Assembly (NCBI GenBank): GCA_043799565.1
Contig: JAZDNP010000013.1
Location: forward strand, 5,847-69,846
Source: Candidatus Brennerbacteria bacterium
Lineage (GTDB): Bacteria; Patescibacteriota; Minisyncoccia; UBA6257; GWB1-50-10
Direction of reading: 5' to 3'
Length of the DNA stretch: 64,000 bases
Shown: positions 42,738 through 51,143 of the stretch, piece after piece
Position numbering within the stretch: the stretch's first letter is position 1
Layout: each line of letters opens with the position of its first letter
The notes under the pieces: model-generated
Seen by the model: the letters and a program-made list of their open reading frames with translations, nothing else
Told to the model about the DNA's origin: nothing
Databases searched by the model: none
Position numbers and translations under genes: made by a program

Positions 42738-43410
42738 TCTTTTTCACGCATACATCTACAACCCCGTTTTTGAGGTGTTGGTGTGGATATACCAAACCGT
42801 GCCACTCCACGACCTCGGTATTTCCATCATCCTTCTCACGTTCGCGGTTCGGATAGTCCTTCTCCCTCTTTTTTGGAAGAGCGCGAAAGATCAGAGTATT
42901 CTTCAAACGCTTCAACCAAAGGTAAAAGAGATCCAAGACAACCACAAAGGTGACCACGAAGCGCAGGGGCGCGCACTTATGGCGCTCTACAAAGAACACC
43001 GTGTAAACCCCCTCTCCGGTATATTTTTTCTCATTCTCCAATTGCCGGTGTTCATCGCCCTTTTTCAGATATTTACCAGAGAGCTCGGGAATGTGTTATT
43101 TGACTCGCATACCTTTCTTGGGTTAATAAATCTAGATGAGAAGAGCATTGTAATAGCGCTTCTCGCCGCAGGGTTGCAGTATGTGCAGGCGCGGCTTATG
43201 CCGCAGGGTAAGGGGACGGAAGGGTCCTCGGCAAAGATGACAAAGTTTTTTGGGCTTGTGATGGGCCCCGCTATCTCACTCATCGTGCTTACCTCACTCC
43301 CTTCCGCGCTCGGCATCTACTGGGTCGCGTCAACAGTATTTTCCATCGGCCAACAACTCGTTATCAATAAAAGCATCAAGAAAGAAATTCCCGAAACTAT
43401 CGCTAAATAA
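42730..43410 (+). CDS. yidC: membrane protein insertase YidC/Oxa1 (short form)
   Basis: 226 aa with five TM helices and a conserved YidC core. Confidence 0.8.
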   Translation: MSNLFHAYIYNPVFEVLVWIYQTVPLHDLGISIILLTFAVRIVLLPLFWKSAKDQSILQTLQPKVKEIQDNHKGDHEAQGRALMALYKEHRVNPLSGIFFLILQLPVFIALFQIFTRELGNVLFDSHTFLGLINLDEKSIVIALLAAGLQYVQARLMPQGKGTEGSSAKMTKFFGLVMGPAISLIVLTSLPSALGIYWVASTVFSIGQQLVINKSIKKEIPETIAK

Positions 43411-43411
43411 T

Positions 43412-43840
43412 ATGGAACAAATTGTGGAAAAAGTAACAATGCTACTCACCCGGATGGGATTTTCCGAGGTACGAGTAGAGGTGGAGGAGGAACACCGGAA
43501 AATCGGCACCCATATTGGCGATGGTCTTACGCGTGAGGAAATCGGGTTCATGCTTCCCGCGCTGGAGCATGTGGTGAATCTTATGATGCGGCACGAAAAA
43601 CTCCCTCCGTATGTGGTGGATGTAAACTACTACCGAAAAGAGCGTGAACGTCTCATTGCGGAACTTGCGCGTGCGGCGGCGCGAAAAGCAGTCGCGACAA
43701 AGACGGAGGTGGAACTTCCGCCGATGAACGGATACGAGAGGCGATTGGTGCACGTAGAAATTGCCACTCACCCCGAGCTTGTTACGGAGAGCGTGGGAAC
43801 GGGGAAAGAGCGCCGCGTAATTATCAAGCGGATTCCTTAA
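43412..43840 (+). CDS. Jag/KhpB-type R3H RNA-binding protein
   Basis: C-terminal R3H block PMNGYERRLVHVEIATHPELVTESVG. Confidence 0.7.
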   Translation: MEQIVEKVTMLLTRMGFSEVRVEVEEEHRKIGTHIGDGLTREEIGFMLPALEHVVNLMMRHEKLPPYVVDVNYYRKERERLIAELARAAARKAVATKTEVELPPMNGYERRLVHVEIATHPELVTESVGTGKERRVIIKRIP

Positions 43841-43846
43841 TTTCCG

Positions 43847-44980
43847 CTAATCAAGTTCAAGCCGGTAGAGGAGGTCGGTGTAGCGGTCTATAAAATAGAC
43901 CGCGTTTTCGTTCGCGCGAACGCGCGAGGCATCAAATGTCGTTTCACCCACACTTCCCCACGGAGATGAGACGTCCTCAATTGAACGGGTTGAGGTTGCG
44001 ATGCTACCGAGCACAAAAACGTCCTCCGACCTAGTTTTTTGCATAAGGTAACTGTTCAATATGGCGTCGGTGTGCTCTGGCGGACCTTCTTTCGGTACGA
44101 AGCAGAAAAGCTTCATGTTATTTACCGCGCATTTGTCGGGGAATGTATAAAAAGGGAAAGCTACGGATCCTCCGAACGAACTATCAAGAAGCGAAGTTCC
44201 CTGTTCGCTTGTGAATTTCAAAAACGAATCGCGCGCTGTGGAAGCAGGGACAATCCACAGGTCCTGTGTGGGAGTGAAAAGCACGTTCAACGCGCGAGAA
44301 GACGGCTCCAGTTTCCATACGCGATTTTCAAAAAGCGAAGAAGGGCGCTCAAGGATAAACGTGTCTCCAGTTTTGGAGGTCACGAATATTACATCTTCCA
44401 TGCGGAAATCGCGTACCACCACCATATAAATAAGAGGTGTTTTTGATATGTCCACGAAGGAGAGGTTTGCGTCGTTCCCGCTCCGCACCGTTGCGATAAG
44501 CTCGTTCGGGTTCCTTCCCCACCCTGCATTTGTTATCTCTCGAGCAAGCGGACGCCATACCGAATCAACGGTATCAAAAATGGCCCATTGGGGAGAGGAA
44601 GGATTTCCGAAGGAAACAAGGAGACGACGTCCATCGGCGGACGGCTCTGTGCGGTTCAGAGCAGTGATGGCTTGGCGGGATATCTCAAGGTCCGGTCCGT
44701 CTTTTACCGCGTAGACGTAACCTTCAGGAGTGATGTAATAAACTTCCCCGGTTTCCGGGACAAGCCAGTAATCAAACGCCGTATGGTCGGATATCACGGT
44801 CGGCGTAGAAAGCGAGGAAGAGTTATTAGTTTCAGTTGATGTGGAAGTTGGAGCGCCGCCATTCCCCGGTGGGACGTTAGCTGGAGGTTCGGCAATAAAA
44901 AGCCACCAGAGGAAATAGATTACTACGCCGACCACTATTGCGATTCCGATTACGGTGAGAATTTTGTAAAGCGGTTTCAT
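43847..44980 (-). CDS. hypothetical membrane-anchored extracytoplasmic protein (last gene of the T4SS-like operon)
   Basis: N-terminal TM followed by a 340-aa extracytoplasmic domain with no recognisable family. Confidence 0.4.
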   Translation of the reverse strand: MKPLYKILTVIGIAIVVGVVIYFLWWLFIAEPPANVPPGNGGAPTSTSTETNNSSSLSTPTVISDHTAFDYWLVPETGEVYYITPEGYVYAVKDGPDLEISRQAITALNRTEPSADGRRLLVSFGNPSSPQWAIFDTVDSVWRPLAREITNAGWGRNPNELIATVRSGNDANLSFVDISKTPLIYMVVVRDFRMEDVIFVTSKTGDTFILERPSSLFENRVWKLEPSSRALNVLFTPTQDLWIVPASTARDSFLKFTSEQGTSLLDSSFGGSVAFPFYTFPDKCAVNNMKLFCFVPKEGPPEHTDAILNSYLMQKTRSEDVFVLGSIATSTRSIEDVSSPWGSVGETTFDASRVRANENAVYFIDRYTDLLYRLELD

Positions 44981-44986
44981 GATGAG

Positions 44987-46051
44987 CTATGGGCAACTCT
45001 TGGCGCTGAGGTGGAGGTGTCCCGCGCCGGCTTCATACCGCGCGCCATTACACTGTTGGTATCCGTTCGTGACTGCGAATCCCGCCGCGTCCGCCGCAGA
45101 GGTGAACTGCGCGAGGTATTGGCAATCCGTGCCAGAAAGGTATCTCCGGTTATCAATAATGACGGTCACATCCACGCTACACCCGTTGTAATGACCCGCC
45201 GACTCAAAAGAAGCTGTGGGCGGGTATGCCTCAATGATTCGCCATTTCATGACAATATCTCTCCCGAACAACCCCGCATCCGCAACCTTGATACCACTTG
45301 CTCCCGATATCGTTGTGTTTAATCGTGCTAGAGCGGAGTTGGTTTTCGGATTCACGATGCAATTTGATGGCTCTCCGCCCCATCGACACTTCCCCGGTTG
45401 CATAGGGAAAACTCCGTTAAGCTCGGCGCAGTTCGTGCAACTGGCGCGAATGATGCACGCGCGTAGTTGCGCGGGAGACGGTGCGGGCACGAGGGTGGTG
45501 CAGTATGCAAACTCACGCGCTCTTGTGGTTGACGCGTTTTGGAGTTCCTCGTCGGTGATTGGGAGTGTTTGATTCTCGCCGGGGATAAGTTGGTCAGCGG
45601 ACACGCCTTCTTTTTCAATGCCGCCGAGCTGGATTCTTTCTGGTCCCGCAATTTCTCCAAATCTTTGGGTAATCCGCGGGTTTACGGTGTTGAGAATGAG
45701 ATAGGAGCCAAAAAGAAGTACGATACCCCACATCGCCGACGTAATCATGTCTTTTCCTTCTTGCTGGCGGGTGGTGCTTCCTCCCGCGAATGTGTAAAAA
45801 AGCGAGCCGACGACGATAATACCTACCGCAAGTACGCCGGCAATGGCGAGTGCTATCTGATATACACGAGCGATATAAGCTGCGGGATTTGCCTCAATCC
45901 CAATATTGTTGTCGGAAACGCAGGAAATCCCTGTCGGGCACTGAATATCGGGCAAATCAAAGGATGCCGCAAGCGCGGGCAAATTTCCCGCAAGAAAGGC
46001 GACCGCAAAAACTATCGCAAAAACTATCGGAAAAAAAGGTTGATATTTCAT
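44987..46051 (-). CDS. VirB2/TrbC-like pilin candidate with a Cys-rich C-terminal domain
   Basis: Signal peptide, two adjacent hydrophobic helices as in T4SS pilins, then a ~200-aa tail carrying about 12 Cys. Confidence 0.4.
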   Translation of the reverse strand: MKYQPFFPIVFAIVFAVAFLAGNLPALAASFDLPDIQCPTGISCVSDNNIGIEANPAAYIARVYQIALAIAGVLAVGIIVVGSLFYTFAGGSTTRQQEGKDMITSAMWGIVLLFGSYLILNTVNPRITQRFGEIAGPERIQLGGIEKEGVSADQLIPGENQTLPITDEELQNASTTRAREFAYCTTLVPAPSPAQLRACIIRASCTNCAELNGVFPMQPGKCRWGGEPSNCIVNPKTNSALARLNTTISGASGIKVADAGLFGRDIVMKWRIIEAYPPTASFESAGHYNGCSVDVTVIIDNRRYLSGTDCQYLAQFTSAADAAGFAVTNGYQQCNGARYEAGAGHLHLSAKSCP

Positions 46052-46743
46052 GGTTCAATAGAAAATTGTGCACGCGTAGCCGCGATTTCTTGAAGGTTTC
46101 TCTGGTTTTGCGCTTCTAGAGAGACTGAGAATGTTCGCGGGGCGAGGTTGGAGCTTCCGGAGACGGTAAGTTCCGTGTCGCTTCCGACGCTTTGACGCAT
46201 TCCATCCACGGTCCATGCGAAAGAAAGGTCCGAAAGCGAGGAAAGGTTGAAAAAGAATGGCACGGCACGGAGCGTCATCGTGCCGCCGCTCCCTCTCCCT
46301 CCACGGTAAGGCGCATCGATAACCAGGATGGGTTGTACAGTCGGGATGCGGAGCGAGGTTTCGATTGTTTCCGCGCCGTGGAAAGCGGAAACGTGTACAA
46401 AGTGCGCATCACCGGGCCCTTTTGTCGCAGTAAATGTCGCCTGTTTCACACCGCGGCCGCCACCAATGAACTTTCCATCAACTTCCCACAATATCTCCGT
46501 CTGCGAAAGGTCCAACAACACCCCGTTCTTTGTCGCTTCCACTGCGACTGAAATGGGAGAGGTAAGCGAAGGGAGCGCTTTTCCTTTGAAAAAGGCCGGA
46601 TAGAAGTTGGAAGCTTTCCATGTAATGAACGCTTGGCTTAATGATGTCTGCGCGGAGACTCCCGCGTACCAGATTGCAATGGAAACGAGAACAGCTAAAG
46701 TGATGATAATGTTTTTTTTCATGCCGCTTTCTTTGCTCCCCAT
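46048..46743 (-). CDS. hypothetical secreted/anchored protein (T4SS-like operon)
   Basis: N-terminal TM; 231 aa; overlaps its neighbours by 4 nt and ~25 nt, consistent with operon packing. Confidence 0.4.
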   Translation of the reverse strand: MGSKESGMKKNIIITLAVLVSIAIWYAGVSAQTSLSQAFITWKASNFYPAFFKGKALPSLTSPISVAVEATKNGVLLDLSQTEILWEVDGKFIGGGRGVKQATFTATKGPGDAHFVHVSAFHGAETIETSLRIPTVQPILVIDAPYRGGRGSGGTMTLRAVPFFFNLSSLSDLSFAWTVDGMRQSVGSDTELTVSGSSNLAPRTFSVSLEAQNQRNLQEIAATRAQFSIEP

Positions 46744-47258
46744 TTTTCCTGAATCCTTTTACTTTGCGCTTCATGTTCTTCCTTCGTTAGCCCTTTTTTC
46801 TCATCGTTTCCCTCAACCTCTTCCCGCGCGGTGCGGTACATGGTACGCGCTTCCTTCGCCGCCGCGAATGTACCTCGTGTTTCCTTCACATCCTTCAGCT
46901 TTTTCACGTCCATTTTACCCAATGTAACTGCGGTAGTCACGAGGCCGAACTTCTCCGGGTGGTTTTCCATGTAGACCGAGGCAAGGAAAGTGAATATTTG
47001 GGTGGGAACGAACGGTATGATTTGCGTTGCAATTGGTACAAGGAATCGGCGAACAAGATTTGCGCTCGCAGTTGCGCCTTTTAGCTGGAACCAGAGCGTA
47101 AAGAGAAGCCAGGAGAGGGATTGGATGACGAACCCCCCCACGCCCGCGAGAAGATCGGCGAAGGCGCTTACAATATCAATGAGGAGCGCAATCATGCTCC
47201 CGAATATAATTTCCACTAGATTGAATTTTGGTCCGTCCATAAAATGATTATTGATCAA
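46719..47258 (-). CDS. small polytopic membrane protein (T4SS-like operon)
   Basis: 179 aa with three or four TM helices and a charged C-terminus. Confidence 0.4.
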   Translation of the reverse strand: MINNHFMDGPKFNLVEIIFGSMIALLIDIVSAFADLLAGVGGFVIQSLSWLLFTLWFQLKGATASANLVRRFLVPIATQIIPFVPTQIFTFLASVYMENHPEKFGLVTTAVTLGKMDVKKLKDVKETRGTFAAAKEARTMYRTAREEVEGNDEKKGLTKEEHEAQSKRIQEKWGAKKAA

Positions 47259-47261
47259 TGA

Positions 47262-49019
47262 TCATTGATTACTTTTCAACCCCTTTATCTCCAACATTTG
47301 CTCGGGGTTCGTGGTAATAATCTGATCCTCGGTGTAGGAGGCGATGATCTTGACCGCGACGTGTTTGAGTCCCGCAAAGAAGAGCCCCTCCCCCACCCCC
47401 GCCTCAAGGAGAAGCATCTTTTCTCCGTCGGTGAGGTCAAATGCGCCCGCTACCGCATCAATTGAGGTTGGCGATTGTTTCATAAGGAGCTGGATGGACG
47501 AGTTGGTGACGATGGGGCGCCCATATTCTGACCGGAGGAAATCCTCCACGTCCTGCGTAATGGTGGTGATGCCGAGGTAGTATTTCCTGGCGCGCTTTAC
47601 GAGGCCGAAGAGGAAAGACGCGGAGTCCTTATATTTCATCATCCACCACGCCTCATCAATGATGAGGAGGCGGCGCTTAAGTTCGGAGCGCACCAGATTC
47701 CACACGAAGTTCAGCACGATGTACATTGCGATAGGGCGAAGTTCCTCTTCTAGGTCGCGGATGGAGAAAACGATAAGGCGGTTTTTTACGTCAATGTTGG
47801 TCGGCGCGTTTGTGAATCCGGCGTAAGATCCCTTCACAAACTTTTCCAAACGTTGGCCAATACCGCGTCCGCCATCCGTGTTCGTCAGCACCGTTTGAAG
47901 ATCTCCCAAAAGCGGAGGATTCAATTCTTTGATACTGCCGAAGTTTTCCGCAGTGATGTCGCGGGATGCGTAGGTTTCGGTGATGGCGCGGTCCAAAAGT
48001 GAGTCCTCTTCGGGCGTTACCGCGCCGAGCATGAGTTTCACGAGGCCGGTAAGGTTTAGAACATGCGATTTGAAAACGTCCGCAGGCTCTTCCCCTTCCG
48101 GAATAAGCGGAATATCAAAAGGATTTATGTGGTTTGGTGAAGTGAGGGAAATCTTAAAATAGCTTCCGCCGACCGCGTTCGCAAGGTTTTGATACTCGTT
48201 CTCCGGGTCTATAACGATCACGTCGGTGCCGAGCATCATGGTGCGGAGGATCTCTAGTTTTGTTGCATACGACTTGCCGGAACCTGATTTTGCAAAAACC
48301 ACCGCGTTCGCATTTTCCAGCGAGAAGCGGTCAAAAATGATGAGCGATTGGTTGTGGAGATTAATGCCGTAGAGAATACCCTTGTCGGAGGTAAGATCGG
48401 GCGAGACGAACGGAAAAAGCGAAGAAACAGGGCCGGAATTCATCGGCGTATTAATGGAAAGCTTGTCCAGTCCGGTAGGGAGCGCCGAAAGGAAGGCCTC
48501 ATCCTGCCGGAAGAGCGCCGGTTTCACGTTCACAAGCCGTGATTCAAGAGTAGATTGTATTTTGTCCTCCAGTTTTGTAAGCTCCTCCACGGATTTCCCG
48601 TAGAGCGTGATGTAAACGCCAACCTTAAAGAGTTTTTCCTGCGCTTGTTGGAGCGTGTCGCGGAGGCTTTCTAGGTCACGGTATGCCGTTTCAAGCATGG
48701 GGTCCCGCACGAGCCCCTTCTCTTCCCGCTCCATTGTTTCCGCCTGCACTTGCGCCACTTTTTTGCGTAGGTTCTTAAGCGCCGTACCGGTGTCGGTTGG
48801 ATGGATGAAGATGGCGATATCAAGCATCTCCGGCATGTTGATTAGTGGAGAGAACCAGCCGCTCGCGACGTAACGTGGATAGGTGAAGAGAAAAAGAGTT
48901 TTTGTATAGTAGTCGCCCAACTTCAGATAATTGGACGACACTTCAGCGCCGGCAGGAGCAATAACACTTCCCATATCCTCGGAAGACGGTTCGTACGCTT
49001 TCGGTGTTTTTATCTCCAT
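47262..49019 (-). CDS. virB4: VirB4/TrbE-family T4SS ATPase, C-terminal NTPase part
   Basis: Walker A AKSGSGKS, Walker B/DEAW block LLIIDEAWWMM, and C-terminal TQDVEDF. Confidence 0.8.
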   Translation of the reverse strand: MEIKTPKAYEPSSEDMGSVIAPAGAEVSSNYLKLGDYYTKTLFLFTYPRYVASGWFSPLINMPEMLDIAIFIHPTDTGTALKNLRKKVAQVQAETMEREEKGLVRDPMLETAYRDLESLRDTLQQAQEKLFKVGVYITLYGKSVEELTKLEDKIQSTLESRLVNVKPALFRQDEAFLSALPTGLDKLSINTPMNSGPVSSLFPFVSPDLTSDKGILYGINLHNQSLIIFDRFSLENANAVVFAKSGSGKSYATKLEILRTMMLGTDVIVIDPENEYQNLANAVGGSYFKISLTSPNHINPFDIPLIPEGEEPADVFKSHVLNLTGLVKLMLGAVTPEEDSLLDRAITETYASRDITAENFGSIKELNPPLLGDLQTVLTNTDGGRGIGQRLEKFVKGSYAGFTNAPTNIDVKNRLIVFSIRDLEEELRPIAMYIVLNFVWNLVRSELKRRLLIIDEAWWMMKYKDSASFLFGLVKRARKYYLGITTITQDVEDFLRSEYGRPIVTNSSIQLLMKQSPTSIDAVAGAFDLTDGEKMLLLEAGVGEGLFFAGLKHVAVKIIASYTEDQIITTNPEQMLEIKGLKSNQ

Positions 49020-49023
49020 ATTG

Positions 49024-49671
49024 TTATTCTTTACTTACCACCCGCTTTCCCTCCACGAGTTCGGGATTATACAGGTTATAAAAGAGTTCCACCAAAGCAT
49101 CATTTTCCAACGGTGCCGCGCGAAGTCCTATTTGAGAAAGTCCATCTATCACCTGGTTTACGCGCCGTTCAAGTTGAGAAAGAGTTTCCTGCGAGCTTTC
49201 TTCGTGCAACGTTGAGCCAGGAGCAGCTTTCCTGAAGAGGGACAAAAGCCCTCCTGCCTTACCGGCGGGAATTATGGATTCGTACGGCACTACGGTAAAA
49301 AAAGTTTTTGAGATAATGGCATTTTCCTCCACAAACGTGCGGATGAATTCCACGTACTCGCCTATCTGTATCTTTAAAAGTTCGCTTGGTTCCTTCTCCA
49401 TATGTGTGCGCATGGAAGCAAGGTACGCGTCCACATTCACTTTGCGCGAGTGGATAAAGAACTGGACCGAAAAATCCAAGGTGTTGAGAAAACTTTGGAA
49501 ACTTCCGAGAATAAGTCCCTGTTCCGCCTCGGATTTCAGGTCAAAGTTTACACCGCTCACAATGAGTACACGGCGCACCCCCCCACTTTTTAAATACAGT
49601 ACGCCATCTCGTATCTCCTTTATATCAACGAGCGCTTGGGTCGGCGTGGTGGGTTCCTTCTGCATAGACAC
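49024..49671 (-). CDS. VirB4 N-terminal domain encoded as a separate ORF (split VirB4)
   Basis: The pattern LVDIKEIRDGVLYLKSGGVRRVLIVSGVNFDLKSEAEQ...FLNTLDFSVQFFIHSRK is typical of the VirB4/TrbE N-terminus. A stop and 11 nt separate it from the ATPase ORF, which is in a different frame. Confidence 0.55.
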   Translation of the reverse strand: MSMQKEPTTPTQALVDIKEIRDGVLYLKSGGVRRVLIVSGVNFDLKSEAEQGLILGSFQSFLNTLDFSVQFFIHSRKVNVDAYLASMRTHMEKEPSELLKIQIGEYVEFIRTFVEENAIISKTFFTVVPYESIIPAGKAGGLLSLFRKAAPGSTLHEESSQETLSQLERRVNQVIDGLSQIGLRAAPLENDALVELFYNLYNPELVEGKRVVSKE

Positions 49672-49683
49672 AGTTTATAGGCG

Positions 49684-50187
49684 TTACGTCTTATAATCCA
49701 CCCGCTTCGCGACTTTTTTCTCTCCCGTGAGATAGGTAACGACCTCGTATTGTTTTTCCTGTTTTTTCATTTCGGGAAGGCGAGAAAAAATCTTTCCCGT
49801 TGTGATTTGAAGTGCGAGAGATCTCAACGTTTCTTCTATCCCCATTTTCCTCCGAAGCGCTTCAATTTTTTGGAGCTCTGCGACCCCGGGAAGCGTAGTT
49901 TCGGGGAGCATGCGCGACCATGTGTACACGCGCGGTTTCCAGTAATACGCAAGCGCAGAGCGGAGCACTGCCGGGAGCGGTTGGGCATTGATTTTTATGA
50001 ATGCCAATCCGATAGCTATTGCGGCTACGAGAAGCGTGATAAGGAGCCAAAGAAAGAACGTGAAGACGTAGAAGGAGGCGAAGCTTATCCCCACCGCGGC
50101 GGCGAGATAGAGAAATTGGGGGAGCGTGAGGAACCCCACCACCTTTGGTTGTTCATCAATGAACTGCGGAATTTGGAATGTTGCCAT
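49684..50187 (-). CDS. PrgI/VirB3-like small membrane protein
   Basis: FLTLPQFLYLAAAVGISF followed by two TM helices; this layout immediately upstream of VirB4 is classic. Confidence 0.5.
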   Translation of the reverse strand: MATFQIPQFIDEQPKVVGFLTLPQFLYLAAAVGISFASFYVFTFFLWLLITLLVAAIAIGLAFIKINAQPLPAVLRSALAYYWKPRVYTWSRMLPETTLPGVAELQKIEALRRKMGIEETLRSLALQITTGKIFSRLPEMKKQEKQYEVVTYLTGEKKVAKRVDYKT

Positions 50188-50193
50188 AACGCA

Positions 50194-51138
50194 TTAACGA
50201 AGGTCTACCACATTTCCTTCTACATTAGGTAGCCCGCCTGTTCCTGAGGACAGCGGACTTATTTTGGGAAGAGGCGGAAGGGACTCGCTCTTTTTTATCT
50301 GAAGTGGCGTTTCTTTAGTCTGGGTAGAGGGTTGCTCAGGAATAAGCGGCGACATTGCGACTTTAGGTGCCACCAAAGTTTTCCCGAACGTTTCCAGATT
50401 GATGAATTCTCCGCCCGTACCGGGCGAGAGATTGGTGCGGTATTCGCTGTAATGTACCACCTTCCCCTCCTCTTTGGTTGGTTTGCTCGCTGGAGCTTTA
50501 GCGTCGGAGGGCGTTTCTATGGTTGCACGAGGTGCCGGGGCGAACTCCCCTTGTTTTGGTTTGAAAAGCCCGAAGGGAAGCGAAAATCCCCTCATTGATT
50601 CCTTTCTCGTTTCACCCGAGAGTGCCTTTTCTTCATGAAGGACGAACGGTGCGTTTGAGGGAGATGCCCCTTTTCCTGCCGAGGCGGGAATCAATACGGA
50701 GGAGGGGCGGTCCTTGAATCTGAGAAATGAAGGAGTCCCTAAGCCCCTGGGTTTTGATTCAGGAGATGACGATTCCCTCGTTTCGCGCACATCTTCTCCC
50801 GCAAGGGCAGGCTGGTAGAACTCATCGAGTTCTGTTTCAACTCGGGAGAACACCTTTCTCCCTATTTCCTCGGTGATAGATTGAGCGATCTTTGTATCGA
50901 GGTTCGCGCCTTGTTCGATCTCTCGCGCAAGGTCGGTGCGGTGGATGAACCCGAAGAACACCGCGGCGGTGAGCGCCAAAACTTTATCGGTTTTTTTTTG
51001 GTCAAGATGGTGAGCATCCGCGATTGACTGCAACACCCCGCCTATTTCAAGAGAAAATGCAAGGTTGCGGATTGACTCCGGCAGAGCATCAAGCCGTTCA
51101 AGAAATTTATTTTTCGATACGGTAAACATTCTCTGCAT
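50194..51138 (-). CDS. hypothetical protein with a disordered Pro/Ser-rich C-terminus (T4SS-like operon)
   Basis: 314-aa ORF with no recognisable motifs. Confidence 0.35.
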   Translation of the reverse strand: MQRMFTVSKNKFLERLDALPESIRNLAFSLEIGGVLQSIADAHHLDQKKTDKVLALTAAVFFGFIHRTDLAREIEQGANLDTKIAQSITEEIGRKVFSRVETELDEFYQPALAGEDVRETRESSSPESKPRGLGTPSFLRFKDRPSSVLIPASAGKGASPSNAPFVLHEEKALSGETRKESMRGFSLPFGLFKPKQGEFAPAPRATIETPSDAKAPASKPTKEEGKVVHYSEYRTNLSPGTGGEFINLETFGKTLVAPKVAMSPLIPEQPSTQTKETPLQIKKSESLPPLPKISPLSSGTGGLPNVEGNVVDLR

Positions 51139-51143
51139 TTCTT

